A stretch of 64,000 nucleotides of DNA from Zunongwangia sp. H14 (GTDB lineage: Bacteria > Bacteroidota > Bacteroidia > Flavobacteriales > Flavobacteriaceae), in contig NZ_JBGFSM010000008.1 in NCBI RefSeq assembly GCF_041679265.1, forward strand, positions 124,877 through 188,876, given 5' to 3'. The notes under the pieces were generated by a model. It searched no databases and was not told where the DNA came from. It saw nothing but the letters and a program-made list of their open reading frames with translations. This document shows, piece after piece, positions 9,663-21,646 of this stretch. The translations under genes were made by a program, and so were the position numbers. How positions within the stretch are numbered: the stretch's first letter is position 1; every line of letters begins with the position of its first letter.

Positions 9663-11687
9663 ATGAAAAAGATTAATTACAATTTTCTGGCATTTGCCTT
9701 TGTGGCTCTTCTTTTCTCTTCGTGTAGTAAAGAAGATGGAAATGAAAAAACCAGTGAGAACTTTGCCAGATTATCATTTAGTACCGCTTTAAACCAAATG
9801 TTGGATAAACAAAGCACTTTTAAAAATCATCTTGATGATGTTCCGGATTGTATTAATGGGGAACCCGCATATGTGCAGGTAGCATTGCAGGATTCCGATG
9901 GCAACTGGGTAGCCGGTGAAGATGGTGATGAAGACAATTTTATTGAAATTCCTGTTCTTTATGATGAAGAGGAAGATGCCTGGTTCACAGATTATTCTAT
10001 GGAGCTTGAGTTACCTGAAGGAATTTACACCCTCGAATATTTTGGGGTATTAACAGAAGATTATGAGGTATTATGGATTGCACCCCGGGAAAATGATGAA
10101 TATGGCCCCGTAAGCTTCCAGGATTATGTAGATGAACCTTTACCAATTTCAATAAATCTTGGGAATGGCGTTAAAAAATATGTGAATGTGGAAGTTATTT
10201 GTTACGATAATCGCCTTGTAAATCAATATGGATATCTGTTTTTTGATATTGAGAGCACACAAGTAATAAACTTTTGTGTTTTCGGTAATTATTGTGCTGA
10301 AAATGGTCGCCACTATCCCGCTAATTTTCGATTAGATGTGTGGACCTATAGTGGAGATCCTGATGCTCCAATGGGAACTCCATTATTTGACGAAAACAAC
10401 CCCTATATAAACGTGGTGGGAACAAATAACTATGGTGATGTTTATGCTGAACCATTATGTATAACCCTGCCCAATACAGCGGGTGAAGATTTATATTATG
10501 CGGAAATTTCTCTGATCGACTTTAATAGTGGAGAGACCGAAGGAGAAATCATTAGGAGCGGAGTATTTAGTGATGAGGATGTCATGGAATTATATAGTGA
10601 TGCAGAAAATACCGATTATTATCATTTTCAGCAGGGAGAATGCTTAGCCGGTGATACTCCGGCCTTACTGCAGGAAGGCAGCGGCCTGGGCCTGGAATTT
10701 GAGCCCGAAGGACCCGCTCCAGATTGGGGACCAACCATAACAGATCCTATGTTGGTTGTTATTGAGCAATTGCTCAGTTACAATGTGCCACCTCTTTATA
10801 CGCTAACAGCAGAAGAAGCCCGGCAGCAGCCAAGTTTTGCAACTGCATTAATGGATGTTATGGAAGAACATAACATCCCTGCTCAAAATACAAATGTAGA
10901 TACCACAGGTGTTTCTATTCCGGTTGAAGGAGGACAGATTCATGGCAGGATCTATACACCCGATTCCGGCAGGGATTCATATCCTGTTATTGTTTATTTT
11001 CACGGTGGTGGCTGGGTAATTGCAGGAATTGATACTTATGATGCTTCTATCCGTGCCCTGGCAAATAAGGCAGATGCTATAGTGGTGGCGGTGGCATACA
11101 GGCAGGCGCCGGAATATAAGTTTCCAACTGCCAATAATGATGCTTACGAGGCTTACTTGTGGACTTTGGATAATGCTGAATCCTTTAATGGAGATAGCGA
11201 TAATGTTGCAGTGGTAGGTGAAAGTGCAGGCGGTAACCTTGCTGCAGGGGTGAGTTTAATGGCCAGGAACAACGGAGTGCAACTTCCTGTTCATCAGACG
11301 CTTATTTATCCTATTGCAAATGATAATTTTAGTACAGCCTCTTATTTAGAGTATCAAAATGCGGTACCGTTAAACAGGCCTTTAATGATGTGGTTCTTTG
11401 ATAAATATCTTAATTCTCCTTCAGAAGGTGATAACCCGTTAATTTCTCTTGTGGAAGCAGATTTGAGCGGTTTACCATCAACCACAGTGATAAGTGCCGA
11501 GATTGACCCGCTGCAGAGCGAAGGTAGACAACTGGCGCAGGAACTACAGAGGGCAGGTGTGCAAACAACTTATGAACTTTTTACCGGGGTAACGCATGAA
11601 TTCTTTGGAATGGCAGCTGTGGTACCACAGGCAGAGGAAGCTCAAAATTTGGTAGCTTCAGAATTAAGGGAAGCATTTAATAATTAG
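9663..11687 (+). CDS. lipoprotein: unknown ~430 aa N-terminal domain fused to an esterase/lipase domain (alpha/beta-hydrolase fold-3)
   Basis: Lipobox LFSSCSK. The C-terminal region has the HGGGW oxyanion motif and the GESAGGNLAA nucleophile elbow, as in the HSL/Abhydrolase_3 family. The N-terminal acidic domain matches nothing I recognise. Confidence 0.65.
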   Translation: MKKINYNFLAFAFVALLFSSCSKEDGNEKTSENFARLSFSTALNQMLDKQSTFKNHLDDVPDCINGEPAYVQVALQDSDGNWVAGEDGDEDNFIEIPVLYDEEEDAWFTDYSMELELPEGIYTLEYFGVLTEDYEVLWIAPRENDEYGPVSFQDYVDEPLPISINLGNGVKKYVNVEVICYDNRLVNQYGYLFFDIESTQVINFCVFGNYCAENGRHYPANFRLDVWTYSGDPDAPMGTPLFDENNPYINVVGTNNYGDVYAEPLCITLPNTAGEDLYYAEISLIDFNSGETEGEIIRSGVFSDEDVMELYSDAENTDYYHFQQGECLAGDTPALLQEGSGLGLEFEPEGPAPDWGPTITDPMLVVIEQLLSYNVPPLYTLTAEEARQQPSFATALMDVMEEHNIPAQNTNVDTTGVSIPVEGGQIHGRIYTPDSGRDSYPVIVYFHGGGWVIAGIDTYDASIRALANKADAIVVAVAYRQAPEYKFPTANNDAYEAYLWTLDNAESFNGDSDNVAVVGESAGGNLAAGVSLMARNNGVQLPVHQTLIYPIANDNFSTASYLEYQNAVPLNRPLMMWFFDKYLNSPSEGDNPLISLVEADLSGLPSTTVISAEIDPLQSEGRQLAQELQRAGVQTTYELFTGVTHEFFGMAAVVPQAEEAQNLVASELREAFNN

Positions 11688-11713
11688 TATGAATAAATTC
11701 TAATTCCTTAAAC

Positions 11714-11751
11714 AAAAAAGAGGCTGCCCTTCCAAAGCAGCCTCTTTTTTT
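11714..11751. terminator. bidirectional rho-independent terminator
   Basis: aaaaaaGAGGCTGCccttccaaaGCAGCCTCttttttt lies between the convergent esterase and nrdJ genes. Confidence 0.7.
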
Positions 11752-11772
11752 GATTAACACTTAAAATTAAAA

Positions 11773-14328
11773 TTATCCGCATTTGGAAGACCCACAGTCT
11801 TTACAGGTAAGGCAACCTTCCTGATAAATTAAACTGGTGGAATTACAATTATTACATTTTTCTTTCCTGGCAACAGTACCATCGGCAATATAGCGTTTAA
11901 GAGCCCTTGCCACCCCGTTTTTCCAGGTATTGATAGACTCGGTATCAAGTTGAAGGCTGGCGATAAGGTCTACTACTTTTTCTATAGACATGCCGTGCCT
12001 GAGCGTACTGGAAATCAATTTCGCGTAGTTCCAAAATTCCGGGTTAAATTTATGCGAAAGCCCTTCAATAGTGGTTTTATATCCTCTTTTATTTTGATAC
12101 TGAAAATCATACCTGGACGTACCATCTTCGTTCCTGTTTTTGATAATAAGCCCTTCGTTCACCCAGCGAGGGATCAGGATTCCGTCTTCATCATCCGCAA
12201 AACCGGTAAAGATTTCGTAGGGGCGGTCATCAATAAGCCCTATAAAAGCTATCCATTTATCCTTATTATTCTGGAAACGCACTACGTCGGCTTTTAAAAC
12301 CTGGGGCCGTTTTGTAGGAAAAACGGAAGTGCCTTCTTCCTGCTCTTCTTCTTTCTTTTCCTCATTAGAAATTAACACCCCGGAGCGGGATCCATCGCGG
12401 TACACCGTAACTCCTTTACATCCTGCCTGCCATGCTTGAAGATATAAGCGACCCACTAACTCTTCAGTAGCGTCATTAGGTAAATTTATAGTGACACTTA
12501 TTGAATGATCTACCCATTTTTGAACGGCACCCTGCATTTTTACTTTGCTTAGCCAGTCTACATCATTAGAAGTTGCCTGATAATAAGGAGAGTTTTTTAC
12601 CAGTTTGTCTAGCTCTTCCTGGGAATAATTTTTTGTAGTATCGTGGCCTTTTGCCTTCATCCATTGTTTAAAACGATGATGGAAAACCACATATTCTTCC
12701 CAGGAATCTCCCACTTCATCCACAAAATCTACGCGTACATCCTTATCATTAGGATTTACTTTTCTTCTTCTCTTATAGACCGGAAGAAAAACCGGCTCAA
12801 TACCAGAAGAAGTTTGCGTCATTAGGCTGGTAGTTCCGGTGGGAGCAATGGTTAAAAGAGCAATATTCCGCCTCCCGTACTCCAGCATATCATAATACAG
12901 TTTTTCATCAGCCTCTTTAAGCCGCTGTATAAAGGGATTTTCTTTTTCCCTGTCGGAATCAAAAATGCTGAAAGCGCCTCGTTCTTTGGCAGTGTCTACA
13001 GAAGCCCGGTAAGCCGCCAGCGCCAGTTTTTTATGAATATCTACAGAAAAATCAACTCCTTCTTTACTGCCGTATTTAAGGCCAAGGCCAGCAAGCATAT
13101 CGCCTTCTGCAGTAATCCCTATTCCTGTTCTGCGGCCTTCCTGAGCTTTATTCCTAATGTTTAGCCAAAGATTTCTCTCCACCCCTTTTATATCAAGGTT
13201 CTCGGGATCGGCATCAATTTTAGCCAGGATACCATCTATCTTTTCCAGCTCCAGGTCAATAATGTCATCCATAATTCTTTGGGCGGCTTCAATATGTTTA
13301 CTGAAAAGCTCGTAGTTAAAAGAGGCATTTTCAGTAAAAGGTTCTTCTACATAAGAGAACAAATTAATGGCCAGCAGGCGGCAGGAATCGTAAGGACAAA
13401 GCGGAATCTCGCCACATGGGTTAGTAGAAACAGTCTTGTACCCAAGATCTGCATAACAATCCGGCACCGATTCGTTAATTACTGTATCCCAGAATAAAAT
13501 TCCAGGTTCAGCCGATTGCCATGCGTTATGAACAATCTTTTTCCAAAGCTTTTCAGCTTCAATATCTTTTACATTTACGGGATTTTCGCTGTGAATTGGA
13601 TACTTCTGGGTGTAGGAGCTGTTATTTTTGACGGCTTTCATAAATTCGTCATCAATCCTTACCGATACGTTGGCACCGGTCACTTTTCCCTGCTCCATTT
13701 TAGCATCAATAAAATCTTCAGCATCGGGATGATTAATGGAGACGGAAAGCATTAAAGCTCCTCTTCGTCCATCCTGGGCGACTTCGCGGGTAGAGTTGGA
13801 ATAGCGCTCCATAAACGGGACAATTCCCGTAGAGGTTAAAGCAGAATTTTTTACCGGGGAACCTTTGGGGCGAATATGGGAGAGGTCGTGGCCCACCCCG
13901 CCACGGCGTTTCATCAATTGCACCTGTTCCTGATCTATCTTCATGATACCTCCGTACGAGTCTGAGTCGCCTTCATTTCCAATTACAAAACAGTTGGACA
14001 GGGAGGCGATTTGGTAAGGATTGCCAATACCGGCCATTGGGCTCCCCTGAGGCACAATGTATTTAAAGTCCTTAATGAGCTCAAAAACTTCATCTTCGGT
14101 CATAGGATTGGGATAACGCTGCTCGATTCTCGCAATTTCTTTAGCGATTCGCCTGTGCATATCGTTGGGAGTAAGTTCATAAATATTGCCAAAAGAATCT
14201 TTAAGAGCATATTTATTGACCCAGACGCGGGCGGCAAGGTCATCTCCTTTAAAGTATTTTACAGAAGCTTTAAATGCCTCTTCCTGGGAATAGGTTTTAG
14301 GAGCCGTTGATTTTGCTTGTACTGGCAT
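11773..14328 (-). CDS. nrdJ: adenosylcobalamin-dependent ribonucleoside-diphosphate reductase (class II RNR)
   Basis: 851 aa. Class II RNR core with the active-site region (NPCGEIPLCPYDSCRL) and a C-terminal Cys-rich zinc ribbon (CNNCNSTSLIYQEGCLTCKDCGSSKC). Confidence 0.8.
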   Translation of the reverse strand: MPVQAKSTAPKTYSQEEAFKASVKYFKGDDLAARVWVNKYALKDSFGNIYELTPNDMHRRIAKEIARIEQRYPNPMTEDEVFELIKDFKYIVPQGSPMAGIGNPYQIASLSNCFVIGNEGDSDSYGGIMKIDQEQVQLMKRRGGVGHDLSHIRPKGSPVKNSALTSTGIVPFMERYSNSTREVAQDGRRGALMLSVSINHPDAEDFIDAKMEQGKVTGANVSVRIDDEFMKAVKNNSSYTQKYPIHSENPVNVKDIEAEKLWKKIVHNAWQSAEPGILFWDTVINESVPDCYADLGYKTVSTNPCGEIPLCPYDSCRLLAINLFSYVEEPFTENASFNYELFSKHIEAAQRIMDDIIDLELEKIDGILAKIDADPENLDIKGVERNLWLNIRNKAQEGRRTGIGITAEGDMLAGLGLKYGSKEGVDFSVDIHKKLALAAYRASVDTAKERGAFSIFDSDREKENPFIQRLKEADEKLYYDMLEYGRRNIALLTIAPTGTTSLMTQTSSGIEPVFLPVYKRRRKVNPNDKDVRVDFVDEVGDSWEEYVVFHHRFKQWMKAKGHDTTKNYSQEELDKLVKNSPYYQATSNDVDWLSKVKMQGAVQKWVDHSISVTINLPNDATEELVGRLYLQAWQAGCKGVTVYRDGSRSGVLISNEEKKEEEQEEGTSVFPTKRPQVLKADVVRFQNNKDKWIAFIGLIDDRPYEIFTGFADDEDGILIPRWVNEGLIIKNRNEDGTSRYDFQYQNKRGYKTTIEGLSHKFNPEFWNYAKLISSTLRHGMSIEKVVDLIASLQLDTESINTWKNGVARALKRYIADGTVARKEKCNNCNSTSLIYQEGCLTCKDCGSSKCG

Positions 14329-14550
14329 ACATTTTTAGATTTTTGGGATTAGTAATTCTGGTAAAAGACGAATGTAAATGTAGGTAAGAAATTAATATGT
14401 TCTCAAATATTTCTTTTTAAAGTTATCAAGAAAAAGTTGTTAATAAGCTTATTTTCAGCACAATAAAAATTTATTAACAACAAAAAGTTGACAAATAATT
14501 AAAATAAATAAGGAAGTAGAAAAAACTAAAGAAGTGTAGCAGAATTTCAG

Positions 14551-14595
14551 AAAATAAAAAAGAGGCTGATTGAAATTTCAATCAGCCTGCTTTGA
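14551..14595 (-). terminator. intrinsic-terminator-like hairpin inside the 559 bp nrdJ 5' leader
   Basis: Perfect 13-bp-arm inverted repeat AGGCTGATTGAAAtttCAATCAGCCT. On the minus (nrdJ-sense) strand it is followed by CUUUUUUAUUUU. Confidence 0.45.
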
Positions 14596-14887
14596 ATTAA
14601 CACCTATGAAAATTCAAAATAAAAACTTTATTCTGTTGTTAAATTAAAAGAGATAACTCCTCAAATTCATTGCCCCATTTTCATTGGAGGTAGGGTAATA
14701 TCTTTTAGAAAAGTAGATCAATATCTTTATTTCCTGAACATTTCAATTTAAAAAACCAATATAGGAACTTTTTTTCTGGTATCCATAAAAAATTACAAGT
14801 ATCATCTATAATTAATAACTTGGCGGCCAATCGAACATTTTTGCAGAAATATATTAAATATATTAAGGAGAATAAAGGAAGTACCTA

Positions 14888-15550
14888 ATGATGGAGCATC
14901 GCAGAGGAGTAATTTTTGATCTGGATGGAGTACTGGTGGATACCACAGGCTTACAATTCCTGGCATGGAGGAAAACAGCCAATGCTCTTGGAATTGATTT
15001 TTCAGAAGAACAAAATGAGGAATTAAAAGGTATTAGCAGGGAAGATTGCTTCCATAAAATCCTATCCTGGGGCAATGTAAAACTTTCAGATGAAGACTTC
15101 CGGGAGTATATAAAAGTCAAAAACCAATACTACCTTACTTATATTGAAAGTATGGATCAATCTGTGATTTTTCCAGGAGTTTTGGAATTGTTAGGGTTGC
15201 TTGAAGAAGAAGAGATTCCCTTTGCGCTGGGATCTGCGAGTAAGAGTGGTGCTATAATATTGAAGAAATTAGGTTTATTCTCAAAGTTTAAAGCGGTAGT
15301 GGATGGAAATGATGTTAAAAACGGTAAACCAGATCCGGAAATATTCCTTTTAGCAGCAAAAAAATTGAATTGTAAACCTTCTTCCTGTATGGTTTTTGAA
15401 GATTCCTTAGCAGGCATAAAGGCAGCAAACCTCGCAGGCATGTGGAGTATTGGAGTGGGGAATAGGGGGTTACTTTCAGTAGCCCACTTTACCTTTAATG
15501 ATCTTACGGAAGTTCACAGAAGATTTGTAATGGATTTTCCGGCCGTTTAA
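14888..15550 (+). CDS. HAD-superfamily hydrolase, beta-phosphoglucomutase family
   Basis: Motif I (VIFDLDGVLVDT) and C-terminal HAD motifs (KPDPEIF, FEDSLAGIKAA). Confidence 0.75.
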   Translation: MMEHRRGVIFDLDGVLVDTTGLQFLAWRKTANALGIDFSEEQNEELKGISREDCFHKILSWGNVKLSDEDFREYIKVKNQYYLTYIESMDQSVIFPGVLELLGLLEEEEIPFALGSASKSGAIILKKLGLFSKFKAVVDGNDVKNGKPDPEIFLLAAKKLNCKPSSCMVFEDSLAGIKAANLAGMWSIGVGNRGLLSVAHFTFNDLTEVHRRFVMDFPAV

Positions 15551-15767
15551 TTCCGGAGATAGGCTGGTTTTATCTAAATTTTCTGAAATAATAGAAGGAG
15601 TGGGTGAATTAACTTTTTCTGCGAATTCCTGATAATTCAGAACTAAAAATCATAAAACTTTAAAAAGCTATGGTTAAAATTGTTCAAATTTGTTAGTTAT
15701 TAACCGAAAACGATTTAGTTTTTTATTAAATTAGGTTATATTGAATAATTAAAATAGCTTTGGCTTA

Positions 15768-17770
<2,003 letters not shown>

Positions 17771-17780
17771 TTACTCACTA

Positions 17781-17841
17781 GGCCTGAAAATACGTTTAGC
17801 TGTAATTTATGTACAGGAACGTGATTTTCAGGCTTTTTTTA
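17781..17841 (+). terminator. probable rho-independent terminator after gap
   Basis: GGCCTGAAAAT ... ATTTTCAGGC stem followed by TTTTTTT. The loop is long, which lowers confidence. Confidence 0.45.
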
Positions 17842-17867
17842 TCTCTTATTATCTCAAATAAAAAGTT

Positions 17868-18737
17868 ATGATTTTAATTACCGACGGGGGATCTACCAAA
17901 TGTGACTGGATTCTTTTGGATCATCAGGGAGAACAGGTGTTTAAAACCCGTACAAAGGGATTAAATCCTGCGGTATTCCCAGAAATGGTACTGGAACAAC
18001 GTATAGAGGAAAATCCTGAACTCCGGTCTGTCAAAGACCAGATAGAAAAAGTTCATTTTTTTGGTGCGGGTTGCGGAACAGAAACACCACGTAAATTGCT
18101 TCAGGATATCATTGGGAATTTTTTCACTAATGCAGATGAAGTACTGGTAAGGGAAGATACTGTAGCCGCGGTCTATGCTACCGGAACCAATCCGGGAGTA
18201 GTATGTATCCTGGGAACGGGTTCCAATAGCAGTTATTTTGATGGAAAGGAGATTCACCAAACCATACCTTCGCTGGGCTATATTCTTATGGACGAGGCCA
18301 GCGGGAATTACTTCGGAAAAAGACTTATCCGGGATTATTATTATAAAAGGATGCCTCCGGAACTGGTGGCAAAATTTGAAGAGAAATTTAACCTGGATTC
18401 AGATGACATTAAAAAGAACCTTTACAGAAGGGAAAATCCTAATACTTATCTTGCTTCTTTTGCAGAATTCATCTTTACAAACGAAAGGAACGGTTACTTT
18501 TATAAACTGGTTTACGAAGGTATACATGATTTTGTGCAAACCCGCGTACTCTGTTACAAACAGGCGCAAAGTGTACCAATCCACTTTATTGGGAGCATAG
18601 CCTATTTTAGTGAAGACATCATTAGGGCAGTATTACAACCATACGGACTGGAAATAGGAAATATAGTTCGTCGTCCCATCGATGGATTAATAGAACATTA
18701 CAGGACCAATTTTTTCAATAAAACTACTCAGGATTAA
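17868..18737 (+). CDS. BadF/BadG/BcrA/BcrD-type ATPase (N-acetylglucosamine-kinase-like sugar kinase)
   Basis: N-terminal ILITDGGSTKCDW phosphate-1 motif of the ASKHA fold, plus GTGSNS. Confidence 0.65.
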   Translation: MILITDGGSTKCDWILLDHQGEQVFKTRTKGLNPAVFPEMVLEQRIEENPELRSVKDQIEKVHFFGAGCGTETPRKLLQDIIGNFFTNADEVLVREDTVAAVYATGTNPGVVCILGTGSNSSYFDGKEIHQTIPSLGYILMDEASGNYFGKRLIRDYYYKRMPPELVAKFEEKFNLDSDDIKKNLYRRENPNTYLASFAEFIFTNERNGYFYKLVYEGIHDFVQTRVLCYKQAQSVPIHFIGSIAYFSEDIIRAVLQPYGLEIGNIVRRPIDGLIEHYRTNFFNKTTQD

Positions 18738-18757
18738 AAAATTATCTGAGGAATTAT

Positions 18758-18791
18758 AGAAGCCGGTTTCATGTTGAAGCCGGCTTTTTTG
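18758..18791 (+). terminator. rho-independent terminator
   Basis: GAAGCCGGtttcatgttgaaGCCGGCTTttttgtt. Confidence 0.5.
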
Positions 18792-18872
18792 TTGAATTAT
18801 TTTCAGGAGAAGAAAAAATATCTCCCTTCAACATAAATTTTTTATTACTTTTAAAAGATTCAATTTTATTAA

Positions 18873-20411
18873 ATGCTGGTAAAAGTCTACGGTAGTGCCG
18901 TTTTTGGAGTAGAGGCCACAACTATAACCGTTGAGGTTAATGTTGCCACAGGAATAGGTTATCATCTGGTAGGTTTACCAGACAATGCGGTAAAAGAAAG
19001 CAGTTTCAGGATTGCTGCTGCTTTACAGAATAACACCTTTAAATTTCCTGGAAAGAAAATTATTGTAAATATGGCTCCGGCAGATCTTCGCAAAGAAGGC
19101 TCTGCCTACGATCTTACCTTCGCTCTGGGTATTCTTGCTGCTTCAGAGCAAATTAAAGCTGAAAAAATAGCAGATTACATTATAATGGGGGAGCTTTCTC
19201 TTGATGGTAGCCTTCAGCCTATAAGAGGTGCACTCCCTATTGCAATTAAAGCAAAAGAAGAAGGGTTTAAAGGATTTATCCTGCCCGTCCAAAATGCTAA
19301 AGAAGCCGCTATAGTTAAGGGGCTTGAAGTTTATGGTGTTAAAAATTTACTTGAGGTAATCCAATTTTTTAATGAAGGTGCCCCGTTAGAACCTACTCTT
19401 ATTAATACCAGGGAAGAATTCTATAAAAATCTGGATAATCCAGATCATGATTTTGCAGATGTAAAAGGACAGGAATCCATTAAGCGTTGTATGGAGATTG
19501 CTGCGGCCGGGGGACATAATATTATACTAATTGGTCCTCCCGGCGCGGGTAAAACTATGCTGGCCAAGCGATTACCCAGTATTTTACCGCCCATGACTTT
19601 ACATGAAGCACTGGAAACCACAAAAATACATAGTGTCGTTGGCCGGGTTAAAGAAAACGTGGGTTTAATGTCCCAGAGGCCGTTTAGGAGTCCGCACCAT
19701 ACCATTTCAGATGTTGCATTGGTAGGAGGTGGGGCTTATCCCCAGCCGGGAGAAATTTCCCTTTCTCATAACGGGGTTCTTTTTCTGGACGAATTACCGG
19801 AATTTAAAAGAAGTGTGCTGGAGGTAATGCGGCAGCCCCTGGAAGATCGGGAAGTCACTATTTCAAGAGCTAAATTTACCGTTACCTATCCTTCCAGTTT
19901 TATGCTGGTGGCCAGTATGAATCCCAGCCCCAGCGGATTTTTTAACGATCCCGGAGGGCCAGCTACTTCCTCTCCCGCAGAAATGCAACGGTACATGAGC
20001 AGGATTAGTGGCCCCTTACTGGACCGTATAGATATTCATATAGAAGTTACACCCGTACCCTTTGAAAAGTTAACCGAAGAGAGAAAAGGGGAAAGCAGCA
20101 GGGTGATCAGAGAACGGGTAACCCATGCAAGAAAAAAACAGACAGAGCGTTTTAAAGATTTTGAGAATGTACACTATAATGCGCAGATGAACGTAAAGCA
20201 TATACGGGAATTTTGTGGATTGGGAGATTCTTCCAAACAACTGCTCAAAACCGCAATGGAACGCCTTAATCTCTCAGCAAGGGCCTACGACCGTATCTTA
20301 AAGGTTTCACGAACAATAGCAGATTTGGAAGCTTCAGATGATATTAAAGATATACACATAAGCGAGGCCATTCAATATCGCAGCCTGGACCGTGAGGGCT
20401 GGTTGGGGTAA
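18873..20411 (+). CDS. YifB/ComM family Mg-chelatase-like AAA+ ATPase
   Basis: N-terminal Lon-protease-like domain (EVNVATGIGYHLVGLPD), Walker A (GPPGAGKTMLA), and the ChlI/MCM-type AAA core. Confidence 0.85.
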   Translation: MLVKVYGSAVFGVEATTITVEVNVATGIGYHLVGLPDNAVKESSFRIAAALQNNTFKFPGKKIIVNMAPADLRKEGSAYDLTFALGILAASEQIKAEKIADYIIMGELSLDGSLQPIRGALPIAIKAKEEGFKGFILPVQNAKEAAIVKGLEVYGVKNLLEVIQFFNEGAPLEPTLINTREEFYKNLDNPDHDFADVKGQESIKRCMEIAAAGGHNIILIGPPGAGKTMLAKRLPSILPPMTLHEALETTKIHSVVGRVKENVGLMSQRPFRSPHHTISDVALVGGGAYPQPGEISLSHNGVLFLDELPEFKRSVLEVMRQPLEDREVTISRAKFTVTYPSSFMLVASMNPSPSGFFNDPGGPATSSPAEMQRYMSRISGPLLDRIDIHIEVTPVPFEKLTEERKGESSRVIRERVTHARKKQTERFKDFENVHYNAQMNVKHIREFCGLGDSSKQLLKTAMERLNLSARAYDRILKVSRTIADLEASDDIKDIHISEAIQYRSLDREGWLG

Positions 20412-20485
20412 ATGGTAAGAATTCATCAAATTCTTAAAACTTAAAAGTAGAACTGTTATATTTACGGGCAACAAGACCTTAAACA

Positions 20486-21646
20486 ATGAAAAGAATTCTG
20501 ATACTGCTTATTTCCCTGGCCATTATTGGATGTAAAGGGGATCAATCTACAGATATGGAAAAATCCTCAGTACCTGAAACAGACAGTATAATTGATGAAA
20601 ATATTATCCCATCTTCCATCACAGGGGAGGAGAAAGTTGAATTTACTGTGGAAGAAGCTAATAAACTTGCCCAACTTCCTTTAAACTGTATAGCCACCGA
20701 GTATCCCAATAAGCTGGGGCAAACCCTCGAAAATGCCGAAGCTATTGGAGAACCTAAAGAATTACATCCTGCCTTTTATGGTTGTTTTGACTGGCATTCC
20801 TCAGTTCATGCGCACTGGTCCCTTGTAAGCCTTTTGAAACAGTTTCCGGATCTCGAAAATAAAGAGCAAATAAGGGAGACGCTTAAAAAATCCCTTTCTG
20901 CTGAAAATATTAATGCTGAAGTGGAATATTTTAAAAGGCCGCAAAGTGATTCCTATGAGCGAACTTATGGCTGGGCTTGGCTTCTTAAATTAGCTGAAGA
21001 ATTGAAAACCTGGGACGATCCTCTGGCAAAAGAGTTAACGCAAAACCTTCAGCCACTTACAGATTTAGTGGTAAACCGGTTTACAGAATTTCTCCCAAAA
21101 TTAAATTACCCTATTCGTGTTGGCGAACACGAGAATACAGCCTTTGCATTAAGTTTCGCCTATGATTATGCTGAAGCGGTGGATAATAGGGGTTTAATGG
21201 AACTTATTTCCAAACGCGCCAAAGATTTCTATTTAAAGGATGATAATTGCCCGGTTAGCTGGGAGCCTGGAGGATTCGATTTTCTCTCTCCCTGCCTTGA
21301 AGAGGTGGATATCATGCAAAAAGTACTGCCCAAGAATGCCTTTAATCTTTGGATAGAAGATTTTATGCCGGAGCTTAAAAGTGAAGATTTTGCCATGGAA
21401 GTAGGTGAGGTTTCCGATCGTACTGATGGAAAACTCGTGCATTTGGATGGCCTTAACTTTAGCAGGGCATGGGTGTTTTATCACCTGGCCAATAAATATC
21501 CTGATGATTTTAAACATCTTGAAACTCTTGCCAATGAGCACGTGGCCTATTCTTTCCCTAATCTTATGGAAGATAGTTACGAAGGAGGTCACTGGCTGGG
21601 CAGCTTTGCCATTTATGCTTTAAAACAAAGCAAAGCGGGGGAGTGA
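20486..21646 (+). CDS. DUF2891 family lipoprotein
   Basis: Lipobox LAIIGCKG. Conserved DUF2891 motifs (YGCFDWHSSVHAHWSL, GGHWLGSFA). Confidence 0.6.
   Translation: MKRILILLISLAIIGCKGDQSTDMEKSSVPETDSIIDENIIPSSITGEEKVEFTVEEANKLAQLPLNCIATEYPNKLGQTLENAEAIGEPKELHPAFYGCFDWHSSVHAHWSLVSLLKQFPDLENKEQIRETLKKSLSAENINAEVEYFKRPQSDSYERTYGWAWLLKLAEELKTWDDPLAKELTQNLQPLTDLVVNRFTEFLPKLNYPIRVGEHENTAFALSFAYDYAEAVDNRGLMELISKRAKDFYLKDDNCPVSWEPGGFDFLSPCLEEVDIMQKVLPKNAFNLWIEDFMPELKSEDFAMEVGEVSDRTDGKLVHLDGLNFSRAWVFYHLANKYPDDFKHLETLANEHVAYSFPNLMEDSYEGGHWLGSFAIYALKQSKAGE

Noticed and set aside
14329-14887. Cobalamin riboswitch or NrdR box upstream of nrdJ
   Set aside because: I looked for a B12-box-like GCCACTG core and for NrdR-type palindromes and saw neither. 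Only the terminator-like hairpin is evident. An Rfam scan would be needed to be definitive.
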